Virus record (IMG/VR): IMGVR_UViG_3300021979_000001
Span: 2,948 to 66,947 of that record
Source of the DNA: a virus
Lineage: Duplodnaviria; Heunggongvirae; Uroviricota; Caudoviricetes
Direction: 5' to 3' (one strand)
DNA length: 64,000 nt
Both the position numbers and the translations under genes were made by a program. Below, piece after piece: positions 47,806 through 57,343 of this stretch (position 1 is the stretch's first letter; each line of letters starts with the position of its first letter). The notes beneath the pieces were generated by a model. The model ran no database searches. It saw only the letters and a program-made list of their open reading frames with translations, and was not told the DNA's origin.

Positions 47806-49500
47806 ATGTCAGATATTAGAAAATTTATTAATATTGTAAGCGGAAAACCGATTTTATCGGAAAGTAAAGCATCTTTACTACTCACTGAATCATCGGTTTA
47901 TAGCACTATGCTTAATCCGTTATTGTCATATATTGAAAAAAATCCCGATAACGTAAATACGACAGCCGATGCGATTAAGAGAACATTCAATACTGAATTG
48001 AAATGGGCCAAAACATATCTTAAGAAAAATGATCGTGTTATTTGGTTTATGCGACTCGTTCGATATGTTATTGCACAAAAATCATTCCCAGCAGATGTTG
48101 CATCGGCATTTAGTAGTTCCGATGACAAAATACCACTTCAATTAAATAACATTAAAACAAACCTAGTTCACTATTATGGTTTAAATATTAATCAAATCAA
48201 TACGTATCCATTAAGTAAAGAAAGCCCACAAGAATTATTTGGTATCTTTGCAGACTTTGAAGAAGAATGGAAAGAAATGGCTGATCGTTTTATTCCATTT
48301 GATGCTATTACAGATATAAAAATATTATTTGATGCTGGCGATGGTTATTACTGGGTTGATCTTAATCGGGCATCATGTCGTTTAGAAGCCGATTCTATGG
48401 GTCATTGTGGTAATACCGGGGGAAATTATTCTGATCGAATTTACAGTTTGCGTAAAATCCATAATTTTAATGGAGAAAAGTTTTGGGAACCATTCTTAAC
48501 ATTCATTGTGGATGATAAGGGATTTCTTGGTGAAATGAAAGGCCGGGGTAACGACAAACCAGCGGACCGGTATCATCCATATATTATTAAATTACTTGAA
48601 AAGCCTTATATTAAAGGAATCAAGGGTGGTGGATATTTGCCACAAAATAATTTTTCGTTAGATGATTTAACTGAATCCGAAACTGAACGTCTGTATGCAG
48701 TCAAACCAACCCTGGCACCATTTGATATACAATACGAACGTAATGGAATGACACCAGAATTGGCAAAGTTAATCAGCTATAAATTTGATAACGAAATTGA
48801 ATGGTCCGAAGATTACCAATATATAATTTTATACTCATATAATGATATTGCTGATTTAATCGAAAATGTTGGAAATTCAACCGCGAAATACATTATGAAT
48901 GTCATTGACGGTGATGAAATCGTTGAATATTTAGCAGGTGATGATGAAATAAAAACTTTTGTTGACGACTTACCGAATATTGTCATTTCGCAAATAAAGG
49001 AACACACCTTTAATGAATATCCTGAAACATGTCAAGATGAATATAATTGCGATGAAGCCGATGATTTATCAGTATCAGAATGTGTTGAAATTTTATCAAA
49101 TGAAATGGATGACATGTATCACGCCATTAGATCAGCGGTTGAAATGGGTCATCGATATGGCACAGAAAATGAAATGATGGATAATTTGAAAAAGGCTGTT
49201 TTAAATCCAACAATTGAAATGTATGATGATATTGATTTTAGGATTATACTTGATACTGATCAATTTTGGGATAACCCTTGTTATATCGCTGCTCCTATAG
49301 AAAATATATTCACCGAAATGAAAAATGATCCAGATATAATTGATGAACTAATCAACAATACCCACGATGATGAAATACTCAAAGTTAATGTTTCGGAGCC
49401 TCATTATGGATATAATGAGTATGATTTGGATGCCGCGATTGCGGAATTCTATGAGGTGTCGGACATTTCTGATCCAGCACTTGAAAAAAATGCGGCATAA
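47806..49500 (+). CDS. hypothetical protein (564 aa)
   Basis: long intact ORF with an acidic C-terminus. Confidence 0.5.
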   Translation: MSDIRKFINIVSGKPILSESKASLLLTESSVYSTMLNPLLSYIEKNPDNVNTTADAIKRTFNTELKWAKTYLKKNDRVIWFMRLVRYVIAQKSFPADVASAFSSSDDKIPLQLNNIKTNLVHYYGLNINQINTYPLSKESPQELFGIFADFEEEWKEMADRFIPFDAITDIKILFDAGDGYYWVDLNRASCRLEADSMGHCGNTGGNYSDRIYSLRKIHNFNGEKFWEPFLTFIVDDKGFLGEMKGRGNDKPADRYHPYIIKLLEKPYIKGIKGGGYLPQNNFSLDDLTESETERLYAVKPTLAPFDIQYERNGMTPELAKLISYKFDNEIEWSEDYQYIILYSYNDIADLIENVGNSTAKYIMNVIDGDEIVEYLAGDDEIKTFVDDLPNIVISQIKEHTFNEYPETCQDEYNCDEADDLSVSECVEILSNEMDDMYHAIRSAVEMGHRYGTENEMMDNLKKAVLNPTIEMYDDIDFRIILDTDQFWDNPCYIAAPIENIFTEMKNDPDIIDELINNTHDDEILKVNVSEPHYGYNEYDLDAAIAEFYEVSDISDPALEKNAA

Positions 49501-50180
49501 TGGATCGTATAAAGCTAAGTAGTAAAGCAAAGAAATATTATGGGTATCAGCGGTGCAAATCACGTCCGCTGACCCATGATGAAACAGAAACATTTGCTTA
49601 TGATTTCCACAAGGGGATTTACGATCAAATCGCCAAGTATATCCCAAATGGTGGTGCCATGATGGATTTCGGATGTGGAATCGGCATTATTAATATTTTT
49701 TGTGCGAAATCATTTGCAACGCTTTATCTCGTTGATGGAACGGTTGATACGGCATCTCTTGATAACACATTTTATGGGTTTCATGGTGCGGGATATGATT
49801 TACACGATGATTACGACCCGGTTCCTGATCGAAAAGTCAATGTTTTCAGTAATTATTGTTTTTATAATGATTTAACTGTTAGTAAAGATACTATTGCACC
49901 ATATCTACCAAACACCAATATTATATGCATGACCCCAGATAATTTGAATATGCCCGATTACAGCCTTGATTTGGTGCAAAGTCATATGTCATGGGGATGG
50001 CATTACCCATTTGACCAATATCGGTCTGCTATCACAAATAAAATCAAACCTGGTGGGACGTTGATTATTGATATTCGTGATAACACATTGCAACCCGGAG
50101 ATTTACAGGATTTTCGTGTGATCGACAAATTGGCTAACCGTGAACAAAACAGCCGAAAGTATATTTTAGAAAAATGTTAA
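49500..50180 (+). CDS. class I SAM-dependent methyltransferase (putative)
   Basis: MMDFGCGIGIINIF resembles motif I (xxDxGxGxG), followed by an acidic motif II-like LYLVDG. Confidence 0.5.
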   Translation: MDRIKLSSKAKKYYGYQRCKSRPLTHDETETFAYDFHKGIYDQIAKYIPNGGAMMDFGCGIGIINIFCAKSFATLYLVDGTVDTASLDNTFYGFHGAGYDLHDDYDPVPDRKVNVFSNYCFYNDLTVSKDTIAPYLPNTNIICMTPDNLNMPDYSLDLVQSHMSWGWHYPFDQYRSAITNKIKPGGTLIIDIRDNTLQPGDLQDFRVIDKLANREQNSRKYILEKC

Positions 50181-50860
50181 TCCTTGAACAAATCATGATG
50201 GCGGTTCGTAACGCAACTGTTTTTATTGATCCATTTCCACATATGGTTATTGATAACTTGGTAACATATGAAACATATAAACAATTGTTACCGTTATATC
50301 CGATGCATAAAGACTATGTATCTGCAAAAGAAATGCTGGGGGGAGAAGAAACAATTTGGCGTGATTATATCGCCGCGTTAAATACAGTTGAGTTTCATCA
50401 ATTATGTTTGCAGAAATTTGGATCACATATTGTTTTAACTCGTGATAACACTGGTTTGCGAAAAGTTGATGACAAAACACCTTATGTAACTGAAAGCTAT
50501 ACCATTATTCGTTATCCGAGTGAAGAATGGGTATTAAAGCCGCATATTGATAGTGAATATGCCAGGATTAGTTCTGTTCATATGTTTAAAGATTTTTCGG
50601 ATACTGGAACCGGTGGAGAATACTGCACATTGGTAAGAAATTCAGATGCGTTACGTGTTGTGTCTGATAACAATGTTATTGATTATGCGGAACCAGATGG
50701 TTTTACCATCGCAAAAAAGGTTCCGTATTCACCAAATGCGGCGGTAATCATGTTTAAAACATCAACACAGTGGCACGGGATAATGCCGAGTTCATATGCC
50801 AAACGTCGAACAGTTAATTTCAGTCTAGAAACACAAAACTCGGGTATTCGTAAAAAATAG
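50174..50860 (+). CDS. 2OG-Fe(II) oxygenase-like protein (putative)
   Basis: possible HxD...H iron-binding triad (KPHIDSEY ... QWHGIMP) in a double-stranded beta-helix-sized protein. Confidence 0.35.
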   Translation: MLILEQIMMAVRNATVFIDPFPHMVIDNLVTYETYKQLLPLYPMHKDYVSAKEMLGGEETIWRDYIAALNTVEFHQLCLQKFGSHIVLTRDNTGLRKVDDKTPYVTESYTIIRYPSEEWVLKPHIDSEYARISSVHMFKDFSDTGTGGEYCTLVRNSDALRVVSDNNVIDYAEPDGFTIAKKVPYSPNAAVIMFKTSTQWHGIMPSSYAKRRTVNFSLETQNSGIRKK

Positions 50861-50882
50861 CCCGACAATCCGGGCTATTTTT
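50858..50882. terminator. bidirectional terminator between convergent genes
   Basis: A tract, tagcccg-acaatc-cgggcta, T tract. Confidence 0.55.
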
Positions 50883-51966
50883 ACATTTCGCGATGTAACG
50901 TTATTTTATGTTGTCCAAGAGGACGTTTTGCTTTTGCCGTTTTCCCACACGTTGTCGCGCATTTAACCATTTTTCCACATTTCCCGGTGCCAAATGATTG
51001 AGAAAAGCTAGACACAATATGTTTGGTATAAAAATCATGTGCCAGGACATCACTAACTGAATGAATATCTAGCCTGTTCCAATCGGGATCATCCGCAAAC
51101 ATAATGTGATCGATTTGTCGCCAAGTATGGCTTGTTTTGTTGAACTCGGTGTTACGGATAAAACAGCACGGCCATAATCTCGATTCGAAATCAATGAAAT
51201 ACATTCCTTCTGACCCGAAATAGCAATCTATCGGTTCGTCTTCAATATCTCGATTGGCGTCAAACATAGTTCTAATAGGACTCGAACTGGAATTATTATT
51301 GCCTTGATGATTTTTCATCTTAATCGCCGCAATATCATCATACGTCCAGTTATTTTGGGAAATCGTGCTGCGATCATTTCGTGCAACAAATCGCCAAAAC
51401 CCCATATCCTTGCTTTTTTGGCAAGCATCATCAATTTGATGATTATTCCATGGGAACACCAAAAATTGCCAAGTGGCCTTTCCCCCGGCATCGATGAATG
51501 ATTTGGCATTCTCCATAATAGCATCGAACCGGGTATTTTGGCGATACATGTGGTTGGTGTCAGACAGACCATCTATTGAAAACTTAATTTCGTGTTTATG
51601 GAACCGGGACAAAATGGATGCGGTTTCGGTCCAATATTCGGGAAGTCTGATAGCGCCATTGGTGTGTATAACAATATGATCAATGTTGGATTGCATGCTG
51701 GCAATACCCAGCAATTCGTTGAATTGTGGATGCATGAACGGTTCGTCTATCGAACCACAAAATTCTAGCTTTGATATGGATGCAAAACCCGGATCGGCTA
51801 ACAATTTCCGAAACGTGTCTGGTTTGATCATCGTCTTATCAGGAATAGTAGACCGTTTTTGATTGAAGTTGTGTGGGTCAGTTCGGTTGCATCCAGGACA
51901 TAACGCATTACACATACTGCTAATTTCTAGCTGCAATGTGGTTGGGTCTAATAGGTAGTGTTGCAC
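50881..51966 (-). CDS. radical SAM protein with C-terminal Cys-rich region (paralog of the gene at 21579..22667)
   Basis: CNALCPGC near the N-terminus; IDGLSDTNHMYRQNTRFDAIMENAKSFIDAGGKATWQFLVF aligns with IDGLDDTNHLYRQGCRFDVIMRNVESFIQSGGRAIWDYIVF of the paralog; C-terminal PCCF...CGKMVKCATTCGK. Confidence 0.65.
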   Translation of the reverse strand: MQHYLLDPTTLQLEISSMCNALCPGCNRTDPHNFNQKRSTIPDKTMIKPDTFRKLLADPGFASISKLEFCGSIDEPFMHPQFNELLGIASMQSNIDHIVIHTNGAIRLPEYWTETASILSRFHKHEIKFSIDGLSDTNHMYRQNTRFDAIMENAKSFIDAGGKATWQFLVFPWNNHQIDDACQKSKDMGFWRFVARNDRSTISQNNWTYDDIAAIKMKNHQGNNNSSSSPIRTMFDANRDIEDEPIDCYFGSEGMYFIDFESRLWPCCFIRNTEFNKTSHTWRQIDHIMFADDPDWNRLDIHSVSDVLAHDFYTKHIVSSFSQSFGTGKCGKMVKCATTCGKTAKAKRPLGQHKITLHREM

Positions 51967-52128
51967 GTATTCAGCACCTTTGTTTTTTAGATCATACCAT
52001 ATGTCCGACGTAAATCGGTATATATCTTTTTATGAATTTGGTTAACGAAAATATTGCATTGCGACAGGGTATTGTGGCATATTTAGCCCTATCAAATGGA
52101 AACACACCAAATATAGTTTAAGGGAACA

Positions 52129-52590
52129 ATGATAAACGATAAAAATAATAAAACATTCGGTATCTATTCCAAAGTAGTTTATACCGATGCAGATAATCAA
52201 CGCATTGCTGATTATATTAAAAAGCACAATTTTCCCAATCCGGTTGCGACCAATGATATACATACAACATTGGTTTACTCTCGCAAACCGTTTCAGTGGA
52301 AACCAAATCTTGGCAATAGTGATAACACACCAATTGCCACCGCTTCAACATACCAGCTTGAAGTTTTTGAATCGGATACTGGAAATTATTTAGTTGCTCT
52401 TGTTCATAGTGAATACTTGGTAAAACGCTGGGTAGAAGCTATTGATAATGGGGCAACTTGGGACTATCCCGAATATCGCCCACATATTACGCTTGCAACG
52501 GATATTGGCGATTTTGATATTTCGGATATTCCTGATCCGGTGTTTGATCTGCAAATCGTAAAAGAAGTTGTAGAACAACTAAAAGACTAA
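52129..52590 (+). CDS. 2H phosphoesterase family protein (Acb1/LigT-like cyclic-nucleotide phosphodiesterase)
   Basis: two H-x-T-x motifs (DIHTTLVYS and RPHITLATD) in a 153-aa protein. Confidence 0.5.
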   Translation: MINDKNNKTFGIYSKVVYTDADNQRIADYIKKHNFPNPVATNDIHTTLVYSRKPFQWKPNLGNSDNTPIATASTYQLEVFESDTGNYLVALVHSEYLVKRWVEAIDNGATWDYPEYRPHITLATDIGDFDISDIPDPVFDLQIVKEVVEQLKD

Positions 52591-52613
52591 CCTAATTTTT
52601 TGGAGAATTTTTT

Positions 52614-53624
52614 ATGTCATTATTAGACCCTGGCTTCGACCTTACCCTGCGACCAATGAAATACCCGAAATTTTTTGATGCATTTCGTGATGCACAGAAT
52701 AATAACTGGTCCGTTCAGGAAATTTCATTTGCAACGGATTTCACCGACCTTCAAGAAAAACTTACCCCTGCTGAACGGCATGTAGTTTCCCGGTTGGTTG
52801 CATTTTTTGCTACTGGCGATAATATCGTTGCAAACAACGCCGCATTGACCTTGTATCGCCATGTCAATTCACCCGAAGCCAGATTATATTATTCCCGGCA
52901 GATTTTCGAAGAATCGTTGCATGTCGAATTTTACCTTACCCTATTGGACAATTATATCCCCGATCCCGAAGAACGGGCGGAAATGTTCCGGGCAATTGAA
53001 ACCATCCCATCTGTTAAGAAAAAAGCAGATTTTGCAATGAAATGGATGGATCAAATGGATTCAATTGATCGGTTGGAAACAAATGATCAAAAAAAGACAT
53101 TTTTGATGAATTTGTTGGCATTTGCCACCTGCATTGAAGGACTATTTTTCTTTGCGGCATTTGCGTATGTATATTATCTTCGAGATCGTGGTTTGTTACA
53201 TGGCTTGGCATCGGGGACCAACTGGGTGTTTCGCGATGAATCATGGCATATGCGATTTGCATTCGATGTTATTGACGTAGTTCGCAAAGAAAACCCGGAA
53301 TTGTGGGATGACGATCTTGAAACCCGCATTTATGAAATGCTGGATGAAGCAATCGATTGTGAAATGCAATTTGCCGACGATGTTTTGACCATGGGTGTGA
53401 TTGGCCTTTCAAAAGATGATATGCGCGAATATCTGCAATATACTGCCGATAATCATTTGCGTCGTTTGAACATGAAACCATGCTATGACTCTAAATGTCC
53501 ATTTGATTTCATGCTAAAACAAGACGTGCAAGCATTAACCAGCTTTTTCGAACGCACAGTATCAGAATATTCTGTAGGTATTGGCGGAAATGTTGATTTT
53601 GATGATGATGACGTTGATTTTTAA
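52614..53624 (+). CDS. nrdB: class I ribonucleotide reductase beta subunit
   Basis: ferritin-like di-iron motifs (EESLHVEFY, EGLFFFAAFAY, DESWHMRF) and an acidic C-terminal tail. Confidence 0.8.
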   Translation: MSLLDPGFDLTLRPMKYPKFFDAFRDAQNNNWSVQEISFATDFTDLQEKLTPAERHVVSRLVAFFATGDNIVANNAALTLYRHVNSPEARLYYSRQIFEESLHVEFYLTLLDNYIPDPEERAEMFRAIETIPSVKKKADFAMKWMDQMDSIDRLETNDQKKTFLMNLLAFATCIEGLFFFAAFAYVYYLRDRGLLHGLASGTNWVFRDESWHMRFAFDVIDVVRKENPELWDDDLETRIYEMLDEAIDCEMQFADDVLTMGVIGLSKDDMREYLQYTADNHLRRLNMKPCYDSKCPFDFMLKQDVQALTSFFERTVSEYSVGIGGNVDFDDDDVDF

Positions 53625-53638
53625 CTGATGTTTTTTAT

Positions 53639-53670
53639 AGGGGGCAAAAATACTTGCCCCCTAATTTCTT
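53639..53670 (+). terminator. rho-independent terminator after nrdB
   Basis: agggggcaa-aaatac-ttgccccct then a T-rich run. Confidence 0.5.
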
Positions 53671-53708
53671 TTATAAATAATCTCGGAAACAATTTTTCGG
53701 GATTGATT

Positions 53709-54212
53709 ATGACTAATGAGTCACACAGTAAATGGGAACTGGCGTATAAATACGGCAATCGAAGTTGGTTCAATACTAATACCGAAGAATTTATCAAGAT
53801 CACCGGTGCGGGTAACAATCATGCGTTAATGGTTTTTAATAACCCAGAACTGTTCGATGTTTCAGTCGAAGATATAGCACATCTCACGAAGGTCCGTGAT
53901 CGTGATCCATATATAATGTCATTGGTGTGTAATATGGGATGGATCAGAATTGCGGGCCAGGATCGGAATAATCCACAACGTTATATGATCTTTGAAGGCA
54001 ACAATATGGATGATATACATCTTATTGTGCGTCGTTTTTACTCTGATATGGCCCGCAGTTTAGAAAATGTCACGGTTAAAATCAGAACGGGAATCAACAG
54101 TGGGATGGAATATCCGTTCCGTGGTGTTTCTTCGGTCACCGATTTTGTGCGAAATAAAACATTACCAGAACCAAAATCACTGGATTCAAGTGGTAGTTTC
54201 AAAATCAAGTGA
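53709..54212 (+). CDS. hypothetical protein
   Basis: start MTNESHSKWE downstream of the terminator; the track ORF starts inside the terminator. Confidence 0.4.
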   Translation: MTNESHSKWELAYKYGNRSWFNTNTEEFIKITGAGNNHALMVFNNPELFDVSVEDIAHLTKVRDRDPYIMSLVCNMGWIRIAGQDRNNPQRYMIFEGNNMDDIHLIVRRFYSDMARSLENVTVKIRTGINSGMEYPFRGVSSVTDFVRNKTLPEPKSLDSSGSFKIK

Positions 54213-54229
54213 TTATCACACGCGGTATT

Positions 54230-54523
54230 TTAATACAAAATGTTGGTGTCCCATAAACGACCTGGTTCCCCGGCATTTAAACCGAGTGCCCGAAGATCGC
54301 TCCGCTGAACAAACAATCGCATACCCGGTTTATAATGATATTGCCAATCATCTGTTACTCGCCACGGGTCTAGCCCGAACTCGTCTCCACCCACATATAT
54401 GTAGATGATGCAGTTAATCAGATGTTGTTCAGCAAATTCTGGTGTTACTTCCTGCCGATGTAACGTATCCGCTACATATTGCGCACGATTATCGCTGGGT
54501 GCATGATATTCATGTTGAATCAA
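54230..54523 (-). CDS. hypothetical protein (97 aa)
   Basis: intact ORF. Confidence 0.3.
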   Translation of the reverse strand: MIQHEYHAPSDNRAQYVADTLHRQEVTPEFAEQHLINCIIYIYVGGDEFGLDPWRVTDDWQYHYKPGMRLFVQRSDLRALGLNAGEPGRLWDTNILY

Positions 54524-54829
54524 ATTTGCCTCCTATGCGTTCATTACTTGTATCATTGATTTCATTTTTCGCAATAAAAAAATAGCTGTTTTAATCCTCG
54601 TTAAATGCCCCCACAACGTCGTTGATTATTTTAGCTACCGCCCATGCTAAAATACTATAGATACTCTGTGTGTGCCAAAAATACCCCACTACGTTGATGT
54701 TTTATTCTGCTGATGCGTTGTGAACAATAACATATTATATTTGAAATACAGTATACATCAATTTTAACGTTTGACTTTCTTTTATAGTATGGATATTTTA
54801 TTACCATATCTATACAAATGAGGAAAGAA

Positions 54830-55234
54830 ATGTCTGATAACAGAATAAGCATTGGGTATGCGGCAGAAATTACAACACATATTGGAAATTGTCGCACTAT
54901 CGAATGGGAAGAATGGGAAGAAAAGCTGTCTGAATACGGGCTTTCCATCAACTATGATGGGACCATAGTATATTCTGTCCTTTTATGTGAAATTTTATAT
55001 GAGTTTAACGCGGAATTTAATGTCGGGACGCCAGAACAACGTCAACAGTTTATCGATGATGTTGCAAAAACAGGGTTAAAAATTACCCAGGATACAGCAT
55101 GTTCGTATGTTTCATGCTGGTATGATGGAACTGATCCCTATATGTCAGATTTATCATTGGATACTTTTCGTGAAAAGAAACAATGCCCATTCATATGTAA
55201 TGGGTTAGCTACAATATCGGAGACAAACAAATGA
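54830..55234 (+). CDS. hypothetical protein
   Basis: start MSDNRISIGY preceded by GAGGAAAG. Confidence 0.4.
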   Translation: MSDNRISIGYAAEITTHIGNCRTIEWEEWEEKLSEYGLSINYDGTIVYSVLLCEILYEFNAEFNVGTPEQRQQFIDDVAKTGLKITQDTACSYVSCWYDGTDPYMSDLSLDTFREKKQCPFICNGLATISETNK

Positions 55235-55677
55235 CAATTCTTGATCGAATCAAGACTGAATCTCTTGCTGCGAGGAAAAGCGGCGATAAAGTTAAAGCAA
55301 AAATATTGGTTACCCTTATTGGGGAAGCCAACACGAAAGAAAAGAACCTTCAACCGGCACGTGCAATTTCTGATGCCGAAGTGGTTGCCTTGATCAATAC
55401 CATGATCAAAAATAACGACATCACGATTGATGCACTATCCAGCCATGATAACAATGAAAAGGCCATCGACGACCTTGCGACATTAAACCGTGAAAAGGAA
55501 ATTTTGGATTCGTTCCGTCCCAAACAAATGACGGATGACGAATTGGGTAAGGCCATTTACCAATACACCCAGACGGGTGCTGCTGACATGAAATCAATCA
55601 TGGAACGGTTGAAAGCCGATTTTCCCGGTTGTTATGATGGGAAATCTGCTGCACGTATCGCAAAATCCCTCGTGTAA
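55231..55677 (+). CDS. GatB/YqeY domain protein
   Basis: LDRIKTESLAARKSGDKVKAKILVTLIGE...SDAEVVALINTMIKNNDITIDAL...MTDDELGKAIYQYTQ...ADMKSIMERLKADFPGCYDGKSAARIAKSLV follows the YqeY pattern. Confidence 0.6.
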   Translation: MTILDRIKTESLAARKSGDKVKAKILVTLIGEANTKEKNLQPARAISDAEVVALINTMIKNNDITIDALSSHDNNEKAIDDLATLNREKEILDSFRPKQMTDDELGKAIYQYTQTGAADMKSIMERLKADFPGCYDGKSAARIAKSLV

Positions 55678-55731
55678 AGAGACCCCCTCTTTACACAAAC
55701 TTGCCCCGGTTTTAAACAACCGGGGTTTTTT
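55672..55731. terminator. two tandem hairpins (10-bp and 8-bp perfect stems), the second with a T tract; bidirectional terminator region
   Basis: gtgtaaagag-acccc-ctctttacac and ccccggtt-ttaaac-aaccgggg-tttttt. Confidence 0.6.
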
Positions 55732-55915
55732 ATGTCTTATATAATCGCGTTTGATAGTGGTCCTGCTCTGCCATACGAAGCATCACATCTTGAATGTCGT
55801 CCTCGTTATTATATGTGATTTCTACCCCATCATCATATATCGCATCAATATGAGTGATAATATCGTGTATGTTCGTATGTTGATTGATGTTTGTAATAAC
55901 CCCGTCTCTAATCAT
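55730..55915 (-). CDS. hypothetical small protein (61 aa)
   Basis: intact ORF ending at the terminator. Confidence 0.3.
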   Translation of the reverse strand: MIRDGVITNINQHTNIHDIITHIDAIYDDGVEITYNNEDDIQDVMLRMAEQDHYQTRLYKT

Positions 55916-56089
55916 TGAAAATCCTTGTGTTTATGCATTTGGGTCGTGGTTCTTATAGGGTATTTAGACAATGAAAATCCGATTTTATATAAAAAATGTG
56001 CATTTTTATTAAAAAAGTGATTGACGTTATCCAAATAACTGCTAATCTTCATTTTATCGGAACAAAGGAACGTAGAAAGGACTAAAGAA

Positions 56090-56875
56090 GTGAACCGTCC
56101 AACCAAGACATTTATGGCTTTTATGATGGTGGCAACACTGTCCGCGTGTGCCGATGTCAATAAAGTTGATCGGGGAGATTTTGGTTCTTTTGAACGTTCG
56201 CTGAACCATAAAAGTTATGGTTATCAATTGATTGATGATCCGACTGGTTCAGCACCAACTGCACAAGTAGAGCGGTTTGAAGTTCGCGATGGTGATTGTG
56301 CGAATGATTTCACGTGGAGTGATTGCGCAACCCATCGCGAACGGTCCGAGGTTAAACAACCGCCGAAAATGCGGCGGTTATCCGAAGGAACACACCAGTG
56401 GTATAGCTGGTATATATACGTCCCGAAAGGGACACCTTCGATCAATCCGGGAAATAACTGCATGGCGCAGTTTCACAACTCGGGTTCAAATGAAACAGCG
56501 TTTATGTTTCAACATGGTTTAGGTGGGTATTACTTCGACAACCATTTATTCCGCGATGCCAACTATGTTGTTTTGGTCCCAAAAGGTCAATTCGATGGAA
56601 AATGGCATCATATTGAAGTCGAAGTTTTTTGGTCGCGAAACGGCCAGAAAGGTTTTGTTAATGTGTGGGCCAATGGCGACCAAAAAGTCGCGTGGAAGGG
56701 GGTAACCCTTCGGGCTGGGGATGCATACTTTAAGTATGGTATTTATCGGTCGCACCTTGATCGCTTTGACAAGGTGTATCCCGGTAAAAAACATCCAACA
56801 CAAATTGCCATGTATGCCGGGGTGCGTGCCGGTGAAACGCGGGCTGATGTTCAAATACCCGCTTCCAACTTCTGA
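56090..56875 (+). CDS. secreted lipoprotein with PL7-like (alginate lyase-type) motifs
   Basis: lipobox LSAC; RSEVKQ, AQFHNSG (QxH) and YFKYGIY match the PL7 R(S/T)EL, QIH and YFKAGVY signatures; GC-rich. Confidence 0.5.
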   Translation: MNRPTKTFMAFMMVATLSACADVNKVDRGDFGSFERSLNHKSYGYQLIDDPTGSAPTAQVERFEVRDGDCANDFTWSDCATHRERSEVKQPPKMRRLSEGTHQWYSWYIYVPKGTPSINPGNNCMAQFHNSGSNETAFMFQHGLGGYYFDNHLFRDANYVVLVPKGQFDGKWHHIEVEVFWSRNGQKGFVNVWANGDQKVAWKGVTLRAGDAYFKYGIYRSHLDRFDKVYPGKKHPTQIAMYAGVRAGETRADVQIPASNF

Positions 56876-56887
56876 AAGGACGTTCTT

Positions 56888-57343
56888 ATGAACGAAGATT
56901 CCAACAACATTATTACCGTAACAAACAACATCGTGACCGCCTACCTTGCGAACAACAGCATCGACTACGCTGACCTGCCTGACTTTATCATCAACGTGTC
57001 AAACGCGGTCCGGGGCGTTGAAGAAAGCGCGTCGGTCTCTGGCAACATTACCATCAACGACACCCCGGCCCCGGCCCCAACTGAAAAGCCGAAACCTGCG
57101 GTTTCAATCAAGAAATCCATTGGCGACGATTTCATCATCTGTCTGGAAGACGGGAAGAAATTGAAAATGCTGAAACGCCACCTTCGGACCACCTACAACA
57201 TGACCCCGGACGAATACCGGGCCAAATGGGGCCTGCCCGCAGATTACCCGATGGTTTGCCCGAACTACGCCCAACAGCGCTCCGAACTGGCCCGCCAAAA
57301 TGGCCTTGGTCGCAAAGCTGGCTCCAAAAAGGCGGACGCCTAA
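56888..57343 (+). CDS. Ros/MucR family transcriptional regulator with degenerate zinc-binding site
   Basis: [57 protein letters not shown] versus the Ros/MucR core [45 protein letters not shown]; GC-rich. Confidence 0.7.
   Translation: [151 protein letters not shown]

Noticed and set aside
53628-53708. Upstream extension of the ORF 53628..54212, and likewise of 47076..47768 and 41500..41922
   Set aside because: The extensions run through the terminator hairpins of the preceding genes. Internal ATGs downstream of the hairpins were used instead.
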